A stretch of DNA of 32,000 nucleotides from Patescibacteria group bacterium (GTDB lineage: Bacteria; Patescibacteriota; Patescibacteriia; 2-01-FULL-39-33): the NCBI GenBank assembly GCA_041649575.1, contig JBAZMW010000002.1:90001-122000 (forward strand), written 5' to 3'. The notes under the pieces are model-generated. The model was not told the DNA's origin. It saw only the letters and a program-made list of their open reading frames with translations, and did not search any database. A program made the position numbers and the translations under genes. This document shows, in pieces, positions 6,512 through 15,684 of the stretch (the first letter of the stretch is position 1; every line of letters starts with the position of its first letter).

Positions 6512-8107
6512 ATGTCTGACATAAATAACAATACTCGCCCCAAGCCGGTGGTTTTGATAATTCTCGACGGTTGGGGAGTGGCGCCGGCCTCGCGAGCCAA
6601 TGCCATTTCTCTGGCCAAAACGCCAGCCATTAACAATCTAATCAAGACTTATCCGGCCATGACGCTTCAGGCTTCTGGCGAGGCAGTGGGCTTGTCGTGG
6701 GGAGAAATAGGAAATTCCGAGGTTGGCCATCTTAATCTCGGTTCCGGGAAATTAATTTATCAAAATTTGCCGCGAATCAACAAGGCTATTACCGATGGCT
6801 CCTTTTTCAAAAATGACAAATTTTTGGCAGCAGTAAAATCCGCCAAAGACAAAGGCGCCGCTCTTCATTTGATGGGCTTGGCTTCTTCCGGCGGCGTCCA
6901 TAGCTCCATCGACCATCTGTTTGCTTTAATGGAACTTTGTGCCAAGGAAAAACTCAAAGAGGTTTTTATTCATGTTTTTCTGGATGGTCGCGACATGCCT
7001 TACAATTCCGGCATTGATTTTATTAATAAGATTCAACAGAAAATCGCCGAGTATAAAATTGGCCAGATTGCTTCTATTTCCGGCCGTTTTTATGCCATGG
7101 ATCGCGATAATCACTGGGAGCGCATAATTTTGGCCTATAACGCCATGGTGAAGGGAGAGGCGGAAAATAAATTTACTGATCCGCTAAAGGCCGTTCAATC
7201 ATCTTATGACAAAAAAATTTATGATGAAGAGTTTGTCCCGACGGTTATCATCAAGAATAATTCTCCGGTGGGCACCATTAAGGCCGGTGATTCAGTAATT
7301 TTTTTCAATTTTAGAAGCGACCGCGCTCGAGAAATCACCAAAGCTTTTGTTCTGCCAGGTTTTGAGAAGTTTCCTCGCCAGTATCTCAAAGATTTGTATT
7401 TTGTATCTATGACCGAGTATGAAAAAGAGTTGCCGGTAGAAGTCGCTTTCCCACCGGAAAATATCACCGAGCCGCTAGCCAAAGTGATTGCCGCCGCCGG
7501 TCTGAAACAGCTTCATATTGCCGAAACCGAAAAATACGCCCACGTCACTTTCTTTTTTAATGGCGGCCTGGAGGAGCAATTTACCGGCGAAGAACGCATC
7601 TTGGTCCCTTCGCCGCGCGTGGCTTCTTATGCTCAGAAGCCAGAGATGTCTGCCAAGGAGGTGACCAAAAAAATAGTTAAGGAAATCATGGATGATAAAT
7701 ACGATTTTATAGTGATTAATTTTGCCAACGGCGATATGGTTAGCCACACCGGTGACCTGAAGGCCACCATTAAAGCCTGCGAGGTGATTGATGGTTGTGT
7801 TAAGCAAATAGTCGAAGTAGTTTTAGCCAAAAATGGAGCGGCTTTTATTACAGCCGACCATGGCAATGCCGAGGAGCTGGTTAATTTGCAATCGGGCGAA
7901 ATCGACAAAGAGCACAGCACTTATCCGGTGCCTTTTATTATTATCGGCAAGCAGTGGGAAGGCAAAACTGCCGGTTTGTCCGAGGTGCCTAATTCCGATT
8001 TAAGCTTGGTTCAGCCGTCGGGCATCCTTTCCGATGTCGCTCCGACGATTCTTAAGGTGATGAATTTGGAGAAACCAGAGGCAATGACCGGTCGCAGCCT
8101 GCTTTAA
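6512..8107 (+). CDS. gpmI: 2,3-bisphosphoglycerate-independent phosphoglycerate mutase, paralog 2 (canonical-looking)
   Basis: 531 aa. Contains LIILDGWG, GNSEVGHLNLGSG, FLDGRD, EKYAHVTFFFNGG, GDMVSHTG and TADHGNAE. Confidence 0.93.
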   Translation: MSDINNNTRPKPVVLIILDGWGVAPASRANAISLAKTPAINNLIKTYPAMTLQASGEAVGLSWGEIGNSEVGHLNLGSGKLIYQNLPRINKAITDGSFFKNDKFLAAVKSAKDKGAALHLMGLASSGGVHSSIDHLFALMELCAKEKLKEVFIHVFLDGRDMPYNSGIDFINKIQQKIAEYKIGQIASISGRFYAMDRDNHWERIILAYNAMVKGEAENKFTDPLKAVQSSYDKKIYDEEFVPTVIIKNNSPVGTIKAGDSVIFFNFRSDRAREITKAFVLPGFEKFPRQYLKDLYFVSMTEYEKELPVEVAFPPENITEPLAKVIAAAGLKQLHIAETEKYAHVTFFFNGGLEEQFTGEERILVPSPRVASYAQKPEMSAKEVTKKIVKEIMDDKYDFIVINFANGDMVSHTGDLKATIKACEVIDGCVKQIVEVVLAKNGAAFITADHGNAEELVNLQSGEIDKEHSTYPVPFIIIGKQWEGKTAGLSEVPNSDLSLVQPSGILSDVAPTILKVMNLEKPEAMTGRSLL

Positions 8108-8130
8108 TCAATAACGCGCCAGTTCCAGTT

Positions 8131-8165
8131 CCCGCTATCATGGCGGGCTTTATATTTGATTTTTT
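8131..8165 (+). terminator. weak intrinsic terminator after gpmI
   Basis: CCCGC-TATCATG-GCGGG followed by the T-rich CTTTATATTTGATTTTTT. Confidence 0.45.
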
Positions 8166-8184
8166 ACCTGAAAAGTGGTATTTT
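8156..8184 (+). promoter_or_regulatory. candidate promoter TTGATT-N17-TATTTT
   Basis: The -10 box ends 9 nt before the ATG at 8194. No SD lies in between. Confidence 0.35.
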
Positions 8185-8193
8185 TTATCTATT

Positions 8194-9693
8194 ATGAAAA
8201 GCAAAACTTCTCAAAGAATTGCTGAAGTATTTCCGGCTGCCCTAGTTTGGGCGACCTTTTTTTTGGCTTTTCTAATTTCTTTTATCCGGCCGCTGTGGGC
8301 CATTTATTTTATTCTCATTTTTGTCGTTTATTGGATTGTCCGCTTGTTTTATATGATGATTTGGCTGGTGATTTCCTGGCTTTGCTATCGTCGCGATATT
8401 AAAATCGATTGGCTTGGCAGGGTCAAACAGCTGCCCAAAAATTATTTGGACTATTATCATGTCATAACCTACCCCACCTATAAAGAGCCTTTTGAGGTCA
8501 TTGAGCGATCACTTGATAAATTATTAGAGACTGATTATCCCAAAGATAAATTTATTGTTTGCCTTGGCGGGGAAGACAGAGACCAGGATAATTTTTTGCA
8601 AATTGCCGAAAAAATAAAAAATAAATTTGCCGAAAAGTTTTTTAAATTATTAATCACCGTTCATCCCAGATCTCCCGACGAATTGCCCGGCAAGGGCTCT
8701 AACGTCCATTACATGGAGCAAAATTTAAAAAAGGTGATCGATGAGCTACAGATACCTTATGAGAGAGTCATAGTTTCTTGTTTTGATGTGGAAACCCTGC
8801 CTCATCCCCAATACTTCGCTTGCCTAACTTATAAATATCTCACTCACCCCAATCCCACTCATGCCAGCTATCAGCCGTTGATTCTTTATAATAATAATAT
8901 TTGGGAATCGAACCCGATCATTCGCGTCGTTGCTTCCGCCACCACTTTCTGGCTTCTGACCGACCTGTCTCGCCCCGAACGATTATTGACTTTTTCTTCC
9001 CACAGTATGAGCTTTAAAATGCTCGTTGATGTCGGTTTTCACGATAAGACGATTGTTACCGAGGACTCCCGCATTTGTCTGCAAGCCATGGTTCGTTATG
9101 ACGGTGATTATGAGGTGGTGCCGATGTTTGTCACTTTATCGATGGACACAGTGCAAATTGGTTCATTGAGAAAAAGTTTTATTAATCAGTACAAGCAAAT
9201 GAGGCGCTGGGCTTGGGGGGTGGAGCATTTTCCTTGGCTTTGGGCTAATTTTTTTGGCGCCAGTGCTAATCATAAAATTCCTCTCAAAAAACGTTGGCAA
9301 TATTTATGGAATCAGACCGAAGGAATGTATTCTTGGTCCACCGCGCCACTGCTGATATTTGTCGTTGGCCGGCTGCCGTTGTTAATGGCCTCCGACGCCG
9401 TTAAGGCCACCGCTTTTTTTCAGAAGGCCCCTTACACGCTGGAGCATTTGATGTTAATCGGCATGGTTGGTTTGATAGTCAACTCAATTATGTATACTTT
9501 GATGCTCCCGGCCCGGCCCAGAGGTTATGGTCTCTGGAATTATCTGATTATGATAGCGCAATGGGTTATTTTTCCCGCCACCATGATCATTTTTGGTTCT
9601 ATACCCGCTACCGAGGCCCAAACCAGGCTGATGCTGGGCGGCAAGTATCGTTTAGGTTTCTGGGTGACAGAAAAACAAGTTAAAAATCAATAA
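8194..9693 (+). CDS. membrane-embedded processive family-2 glycosyltransferase (cellulose/chitin-synthase-like)
   Basis: Carries the D,D,D,QxxRW set: YPKDKFIVCLGGEDRD, CFDVET, VTEDSR and QYKQMRRWAWG. TM segments flank both ends. The ORF-track start at 8140 lies inside the terminator loop, so ATG 8194 (MKSKTSQ) is preferred. Confidence 0.8.
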   Translation: MKSKTSQRIAEVFPAALVWATFFLAFLISFIRPLWAIYFILIFVVYWIVRLFYMMIWLVISWLCYRRDIKIDWLGRVKQLPKNYLDYYHVITYPTYKEPFEVIERSLDKLLETDYPKDKFIVCLGGEDRDQDNFLQIAEKIKNKFAEKFFKLLITVHPRSPDELPGKGSNVHYMEQNLKKVIDELQIPYERVIVSCFDVETLPHPQYFACLTYKYLTHPNPTHASYQPLILYNNNIWESNPIIRVVASATTFWLLTDLSRPERLLTFSSHSMSFKMLVDVGFHDKTIVTEDSRICLQAMVRYDGDYEVVPMFVTLSMDTVQIGSLRKSFINQYKQMRRWAWGVEHFPWLWANFFGASANHKIPLKKRWQYLWNQTEGMYSWSTAPLLIFVVGRLPLLMASDAVKATAFFQKAPYTLEHLMLIGMVGLIVNSIMYTLMLPARPRGYGLWNYLIMIAQWVIFPATMIIFGSIPATEAQTRLMLGGKYRLGFWVTEKQVKNQ

Positions 9694-9701
9694 TTTTGGT
9701 T

Positions 9702-10739
9702 ATGAAATTTCCCAAGGTCACCATTCAGCTAGTCACCTGGAACAGTCTGCGTTATTTGCCAGAGTGCTTGAAGTCTATTTTTGATCAGTCTTACCGCGAT
9801 TTTCAAGTTTTGATTATTGACAATAACTCTCAAGATGCTACCATTGATTGGTTGAAGCTAAACTATCCTCAAGTAGCGATTTTTCAAAACAAAAAAAATG
9901 TCGGTTTTTCCAGGGCCAATAACCAGGGAATAAAGTTATTAAATTCGCCTTATGTGGTGCTTTGTAATCCCGATATAATTTTGAGTACTGACTGGCTAGG
10001 CAAAATAATGGCTAGCGTCGAGAGTGACAGCGACAAACAATATGGTGTTTTTGGCGGCAAGTTATTGAAGCTCAAAATCGTCAACTGGGAAATCAGTGAG
10101 CTGGAAAAAACCAAGATCATAGATTCTTGCGGTTTGCGAGTGCTAAAAAATCACCGGGTATTGGAACTGGGCGCTGGAGAGGCCGAGGAAGGCTGGAACA
10201 AGCAACAGGAAGTTTTTGGCTTTTCTGGGGCTTTGGCGCTTTATCGCCGGGAGGCGCTGGAAACTTGTCTGATAAAAACCAAAAGCAACCCGCAGGGCGA
10301 GTACTTCGATGAAGATTTTTTCTGCTACAAAGAAGATGTGGATTTGTCTTGGCGGTTGCAACTTCTCGGTTGGCGAGCCTGGCTTAATCCTCAGGCTGTG
10401 GCCTATCATTTGCGCTCGCTCGGCGGTTCAGAAAAAATTGGTTTTAGACAAATTTTTGGCAATCGCCGCCGACAATCAACTTTTTCTCGCTATTATTCTT
10501 ATCGCAATCATCTTTTAGTTTTATTGAAGAATGAATTTTTAATTAATCTTATCAAATACGGACCAAGAATTTTTTGGTACGAGTTTAAAAAGTTTTGTTA
10601 TCTCTTACTCTTTGAATGGAGCAGTTTGTCTGCAGCAGGGGAAGCGATCAGATTGTTACCGAAAATTTTTAGCAAGAGAAAATTAATTTTTAAAAAAACT
10701 AGGGTCGAAGCCGGTTATTTGCGAAAATGGTTTAATTAA
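9702..10739 (+). CDS. family-2 glycosyltransferase (WbbL/rhamnosyltransferase-like)
   Basis: Contains VTWNS..LIIDNNSQDAT...CNPDIIL...FSGALALYRREAL...KEDVDLSWR. The ORF-track start at 9696 is TTG, so ATG 9702 is used. Confidence 0.8.
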   Translation: MKFPKVTIQLVTWNSLRYLPECLKSIFDQSYRDFQVLIIDNNSQDATIDWLKLNYPQVAIFQNKKNVGFSRANNQGIKLLNSPYVVLCNPDIILSTDWLGKIMASVESDSDKQYGVFGGKLLKLKIVNWEISELEKTKIIDSCGLRVLKNHRVLELGAGEAEEGWNKQQEVFGFSGALALYRREALETCLIKTKSNPQGEYFDEDFFCYKEDVDLSWRLQLLGWRAWLNPQAVAYHLRSLGGSEKIGFRQIFGNRRRQSTFSRYYSYRNHLLVLLKNEFLINLIKYGPRIFWYEFKKFCYLLLFEWSSLSAAGEAIRLLPKIFSKRKLIFKKTRVEAGYLRKWFN

Positions 10740-10748
10740 AAACAAAAA

Positions 10749-11549
10749 ATGGAAATCTCCATAATCATCAATAATTACAAAACCAGCGGCCTGTTGAAAC
10801 AGTGCCTCAAAGGAATCTTTTTATATCCGCCAAGCGTGGCCTACGAGATAATAGTCGTCGATAATAATTCCCAAGACGGTAGCGTCGAGGTGGTAAAAAA
10901 CAACTTCCCTCAAGTCAAACTGATTGAGGCCGGTGGCAATTTGGGTCATCATAAGGGCAATAATTTGGGCATTAAGAACTCTAGTGGTAAATATTTACTG
11001 CTGCTTAATACGGATATAGCGTTTTTGGATAATTCCATAGACAAGATGTATCAATTTATGGAGGCACAGCCGCAGATTGGCCTGGTTGGTCCAAAATTAA
11101 AGAATCCCGATGGCTCAATCCAATTGTCTTGCCTGCGTTTTCCTGGCAAAATGGTGCCTATTTATCGCCGGACTTTTTTGGGCAAGTTGCCTTTTGCTCG
11201 CCGGAAGATCAATCGTTATTTGATGACCGATTTTAGCCATCAGGAAACCAGGCCAGTAAATTGGATTTTAGGCGCTTGCGTTATGGTCAGGCGTTCGGCG
11301 GTCGAGAAGGTAGGCTTAATGGATGAAGACCTTTTTTTGTATTTTGGCGATGTGGCTTGGTGCCAGAAATTGTGGCAAGCCGGCTACCAAGTTTATTATT
11401 TTATTGATGCCAATATCGTTCACTATCACAAGCGAGAATCAGCGCAAAGCGGAATTTGGTCTAAAATTTTTTGGATTCATATTTTTGATTGGTTTAAATA
11501 TTTAAAAAAATACTCTCAAATCAATGTGGCTGAAGAAAAAAACAGTTAA
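10749..11549 (+). CDS. family-2 glycosyltransferase (WbbL-like)
   Basis: Contains SIIINNYK..VVDNNSQDGS...LNTDIAF...ILGACVMVRRSAVEKVGLMDEDLFLYFGDV. Confidence 0.8.
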   Translation: MEISIIINNYKTSGLLKQCLKGIFLYPPSVAYEIIVVDNNSQDGSVEVVKNNFPQVKLIEAGGNLGHHKGNNLGIKNSSGKYLLLLNTDIAFLDNSIDKMYQFMEAQPQIGLVGPKLKNPDGSIQLSCLRFPGKMVPIYRRTFLGKLPFARRKINRYLMTDFSHQETRPVNWILGACVMVRRSAVEKVGLMDEDLFLYFGDVAWCQKLWQAGYQVYYFIDANIVHYHKRESAQSGIWSKIFWIHIFDWFKYLKKYSQINVAEEKNS

Positions 11550-13500
11550 ATACAAAATCGACGATTTTTTAATGGAGCATGGTCTCAAGAAAAAAAAATC
11601 CAAGACTTGGATTTGGCTGATTCTGGTCGGAGCAGCTGTGATTTTTTTGTTGGTCATTCTGGTGCCTCTGGCGACGAGTAGCCAGAAATTATTAAACGGT
11701 TTGAAAGCTGCCGAGCAAAAAGCTAACCTAGCTTTTGGTTATGCCAGTAGCGGCAACTGGAGTCAGACCGCCCGGACTTTGGAGGAATTAAATAAAGAAT
11801 TGTCAATTGTCAAGGCCAGTTCCCAGCAATTAGGCCTGATTTCTTATTTGCCTCCAATTAAAAAAATTAATTTATCTTTCGGTCAATTGGTTGATTCGGC
11901 CAATGATTTGACCTTTGCCTACGGTATGATTTTTTCTGTTTTAGATAAAATGGAACAGGAGTTAGACGTAGAAAAATTGGCGAGCGGTCTTAGTGATCGA
12001 GATAATTTTAAGGGATTGTTAAAATCAATAGCTGACAATCGCCAGGATTTGTTGTTGGCTGAAAAAAAGATTGATTCGGCTGGCCAAAAGTTATTGCAGA
12101 TTAATACTAATAATTTTTCCGGGCCGCTTAAAGACAAATTATTACAAGTTAATAAGTTGCTTCAGACCGGAGTTGACAATACCAAGACGGCTTTGCCTTT
12201 AATAACTAATCTGCCTGAAATTTTGGGCTACAACCAGGAAAAAACCTATCTTTTTGTTTTTCAAAACAATATGGAGCTCCGGCCAACTGGAGGGTTTATT
12301 GGTTCTTATGGATTAATTAAAATTAAGGACGGAAAGATAATAAACGTTTTTACCGACGACATTTATAATCTTGATAAGTTGTCGGAAGGTAAGTTGTTGG
12401 CTTTGGCGCCGGTGCCGATGCTAAAATACAACGCCCAAAAATATTGGTACCTGCGCGATGCCAATTGGTCGCCGGATTGGCCGACCTCGGCTCAAAAGAT
12501 AATTTGGTTTTTTGACCAGGAAAGGGCGGTTGCCAACCTACCGCCACTAAAACTCGATGGCGTGATTGCCATCAACCCCGATTTTATTAGTAATCTTTTG
12601 GCTGTCATCGGACCGATCACGGCTCAAGGTTTGACTTTTAAGTCTGACAATTTTGCCAGTGATTTGGAAAAATTCGTCGAATTCGATTATGTTCACAATC
12701 AAATAGCTAAGACGCAACGCAAGGATATTATTGGTGTTTTGACCGGCATAATAATAAACAAGGTTTATGATTTGCCGCCCGCCGAGCTATTGAAAATCTG
12801 GCTGGCTTTTAAGAAGAGTATTGATGAAAAAAATATTTTAGTTTTTCTGACCGATGGCAATTTACAGCAGGAATTCAGTCGAAACAATTGGTCCGGAGAA
12901 GTCAAGACGGCCGACGCCGATTATTTAATGGTAATTGATAGCAATTTTGCCGCCTTAAAAACCGACCAGGTAATGAAACGGTCCTTAAGCTATAATTTGA
13001 CCGTTGATGACAGGGGAGATTTATTCGGACACCTTGAGGTGACCTATCAGCATCAAGGTAAATATGTTAAAGATTTGATTACCAAATATCGCGATTACGT
13101 CCGGGTTTATGTGCCAGAAAATAGTTGGTTTAACAGGATAGCCGTTAAACACAACAACGAGATTAAGGATTTGAATCTAAAAGATGAAGTGGTTTTTAAC
13201 AAAGAGCTAGGCAAATCAACGGCCGCAACTTTTTTCACCGTTGAGCCGGGGGAGACCAAGACTTTGATTTTTGAATATAAACTGCCGGAGTCGGTCAAAA
13301 AACAGTACCAGTCGGGGCTGTACAAATTTAGTGTTCAGAAGCAGCCAGGGACGGTTGGACATAATCTTAAAATTTATCTAGACTTTAATCAACCGATTAT
13401 TGCCTATCACGCTGATGCTTTGCCGCATAAAATGGACAGCGAAACGGTTAGTTGGCAGACCGACCTGTCTTTGGATCGTAATTTCACCATTAAGTTTTGA
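11524..13500 (+). CDS. DUF4012 domain protein with N-terminal membrane anchor
   Basis: Contains YLFVFQNNMELRPTGGFIGSYG, the hallmark DUF4012 motif, and the TM helix WIWLILVGAAVIFLLVILVPL. An alternative start at ATG 11572 would remove the 26-nt overlap with the upstream gene. Confidence 0.72.
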   Translation: MWLKKKTVKYKIDDFLMEHGLKKKKSKTWIWLILVGAAVIFLLVILVPLATSSQKLLNGLKAAEQKANLAFGYASSGNWSQTARTLEELNKELSIVKASSQQLGLISYLPPIKKINLSFGQLVDSANDLTFAYGMIFSVLDKMEQELDVEKLASGLSDRDNFKGLLKSIADNRQDLLLAEKKIDSAGQKLLQINTNNFSGPLKDKLLQVNKLLQTGVDNTKTALPLITNLPEILGYNQEKTYLFVFQNNMELRPTGGFIGSYGLIKIKDGKIINVFTDDIYNLDKLSEGKLLALAPVPMLKYNAQKYWYLRDANWSPDWPTSAQKIIWFFDQERAVANLPPLKLDGVIAINPDFISNLLAVIGPITAQGLTFKSDNFASDLEKFVEFDYVHNQIAKTQRKDIIGVLTGIIINKVYDLPPAELLKIWLAFKKSIDEKNILVFLTDGNLQQEFSRNNWSGEVKTADADYLMVIDSNFAALKTDQVMKRSLSYNLTVDDRGDLFGHLEVTYQHQGKYVKDLITKYRDYVRVYVPENSWFNRIAVKHNNEIKDLNLKDEVVFNKELGKSTAATFFTVEPGETKTLIFEYKLPESVKKQYQSGLYKFSVQKQPGTVGHNLKIYLDFNQPIIAYHADALPHKMDSETVSWQTDLSLDRNFTIKF

Positions 13501-13514
13501 ATTAAAATATTTTT

Positions 13515-14522
13515 ATGTTTTTAAGAAGGATTGGCATCGATTTGGGCACCACCAATGTTTTAGTGCATGTGCCCAAAAAGGGAGTGGTTATTAATGAGCC
13601 TTCGGTAGTGGCTATTTCTACTATTGATAAAAAAATTATTGCGGTTGGGGTTGAGGCCAAAGAAATGTTAGGCCGGACTCCCGATACCATTATTGCTCAA
13701 AAACCCCTTAAAGACGGGGTTATCGCCGATTATAAAACTACCGAGGCCATGCTTAGATATTTTATTAATAAAGCCCTGGGTGGTGTGAGGTTGTTTCGGC
13801 CAGAAGTGATGGTGGCAGTGCCGGCCGGTATTACTTCCACCGAACGTCGCGCGGTTATTGACGCTACTATTGCCGCCGGCGCTAAAGCCGCTTACATTAT
13901 AAAAGAACCGATCGTCGCTGCCATTGGGGCCAATATTCCAATCGGCTCGGCCTCTGGCCACATGATTATCGATATCGGTGGCGGTACTTCCGAAATCGCC
14001 GTGATTTCTCTGGGCGGGATTGTTTCTTCCACCTCGGTTCGTGTTGGCGGCAACAAATTTGACGTTGCCATCGCCGAGCACGTACGTCGCAAGTATGGAT
14101 TGGCTATTGGTGAACGTACGGCCGAGGAAATTAAAATCGGCATCGGTTCGGCCCTGTATCTAGAAGAAAAGATGGCCATGGACATCAAGGGGCGGGATAT
14201 TATTACCGGTTTGCCAAAAACTATCACTGTTTCTTCAGATGATGTCACCGAGGCCATTCAAAACGAGCTGGACGGCATTATTTTGGCCGTTAAAAGTGTT
14301 TTGCATAATACGCCGCCAGAACTCTCCGCCGATGTTATTGACAAGGGAGTGGTGATGTCCGGCGGCTCTAGTTTGCTGCGCAACATTGATAAATTAATAA
14401 CCCAGGCTACCGGTGTTTCCGCCTACATTGCCGATGACGCTCTGTTTTGTGTGGCCAAAGGCACAGGTATCGCCCTGGACAATTTGGAGAGCTATAAAAG
14501 ATCGATTTTAGCCACAAAATAA
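13515..14522 (+). CDS. mreB: rod-shape-determining actin homolog MreB (paralog 1, canonical motifs)
   Basis: Contains IGIDLGTTNVLV, PLKDGVIADY, MIIDIGGGTSEIAVISLGG and VMSGGSSLLRNID. Confidence 0.9.
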   Translation: MFLRRIGIDLGTTNVLVHVPKKGVVINEPSVVAISTIDKKIIAVGVEAKEMLGRTPDTIIAQKPLKDGVIADYKTTEAMLRYFINKALGGVRLFRPEVMVAVPAGITSTERRAVIDATIAAGAKAAYIIKEPIVAAIGANIPIGSASGHMIIDIGGGTSEIAVISLGGIVSSTSVRVGGNKFDVAIAEHVRRKYGLAIGERTAEEIKIGIGSALYLEEKMAMDIKGRDIITGLPKTITVSSDDVTEAIQNELDGIILAVKSVLHNTPPELSADVIDKGVVMSGGSSLLRNIDKLITQATGVSAYIADDALFCVAKGTGIALDNLESYKRSILATK

Positions 14523-14526
14523 ACTT

Positions 14527-15663
14527 ATGACCATCGCCATCGACGCCTCACGGGCCAACCGCGACCATAAGACTGGCACCGAATGGTACTCCTGGCACCT
14601 GATTCAAGAACTGAAAAAAATAATGCCTGAAAATATTCAGGTTCTTTTATATACTAACGAAAAATTAAAGGGGGAGTTAGGCAGTTGTCCCCAAAATTTT
14701 CAAGAAAAAATCATTTCTTGGCCACCCCGATATCTATGGACGCAGATCCGTTTGTGGTGGCAGTTATTGGTTTGTCCGCCGGAAATTTTATTTGTTCCCG
14801 CTCACACCATTCCTTTTTTGCCGTTGAGAAAAAAAATCAAGGTGGTGGTGACGGTTCATGATGTCGGCTTTAAGCGTTTTCCCGAGCTATATAAAAAGAT
14901 TCAAGTTTATTATCACGATTTGACCATGAAAAAAATAAAAAGCCGGGCCGATGTTATCATTACCGATTCCGATTTTTCCAAAAGAGAAATAACAAATTTT
15001 TATGGTATCGAGCCGGAAAAAATAAAAATCGTTTATCTGGGCTATGATCAAAGCAAATACAATTTACAGGCCGGAGCGCTTTTGAAAGACCAGGGAAAAG
15101 AAGTTTTAACCAAATATAAAATCGTCAGCCCTTACCTATTATATATTGGACGCCTGGAAAAGAAGAAAAATATTGGCAATATCATCAAGGCGTTTGCTCT
15201 GGCTAAATTGGAGCAAGAAGACTTAAAGCTGGTTTTGGTTGGTAATGCCGGCAACCAATATGAAGAAATAAAAAAAATAATTACCGATTTAAGATTGGAG
15301 CAAGAAATCATCATGCCTGGCTACTTGGCAGCGGAAGATTTGCCCTTGGTAATTGCCGGGGCAAAAATGTTTTTATTTCCCACGCTTTACGAAGGTTTTG
15401 GTTTGCCGATTTTAGAAGCCATGGCTTGTGGCACGCCGGTTATTACTTCTGATTTAGAACCGCATCGAGAGGTGGCTGGCGCGGCGGCGATTTTTGTCGA
15501 CCCTTCGAGCCCGGAGGATTTGGCCAACAAAATTTTAAAGGTTTTAGCCGATAGCAATCTGCGGTTGGAGTTGATCTCCGGCGGCTTAAAAAGGATAACA
15601 GAATTCTCCTGGAGAAAAACAGCTCAGCAAACGTTGGCCTGGCTCTTGCCCAAGACCCCCTAG
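14527..15663 (+). CDS. GT-B glycosyltransferase (Glycos_transf_1 / GT4)
   Basis: Contains FPTLYEGFGLPILEAMACGTPVITS, the typical E-x7-E region. Confidence 0.85.
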   Translation: MTIAIDASRANRDHKTGTEWYSWHLIQELKKIMPENIQVLLYTNEKLKGELGSCPQNFQEKIISWPPRYLWTQIRLWWQLLVCPPEILFVPAHTIPFLPLRKKIKVVVTVHDVGFKRFPELYKKIQVYYHDLTMKKIKSRADVIITDSDFSKREITNFYGIEPEKIKIVYLGYDQSKYNLQAGALLKDQGKEVLTKYKIVSPYLLYIGRLEKKKNIGNIIKAFALAKLEQEDLKLVLVGNAGNQYEEIKKIITDLRLEQEIIMPGYLAAEDLPLVIAGAKMFLFPTLYEGFGLPILEAMACGTPVITSDLEPHREVAGAAAIFVDPSSPEDLANKILKVLADSNLRLELISGGLKRITEFSWRKTAQQTLAWLLPKTP

Positions 15664-15684
15664 TTGTGTTAAAATAAAAAATGT

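Noticed and set aside
8140-8193. The ORF-track start (8140) for the processive GT2.
   Set aside because: That ATG sits in the loop of the gpmI terminator hairpin and upstream of the candidate promoter. ATG 8194 (MKSKTSQ) follows the -10 box.
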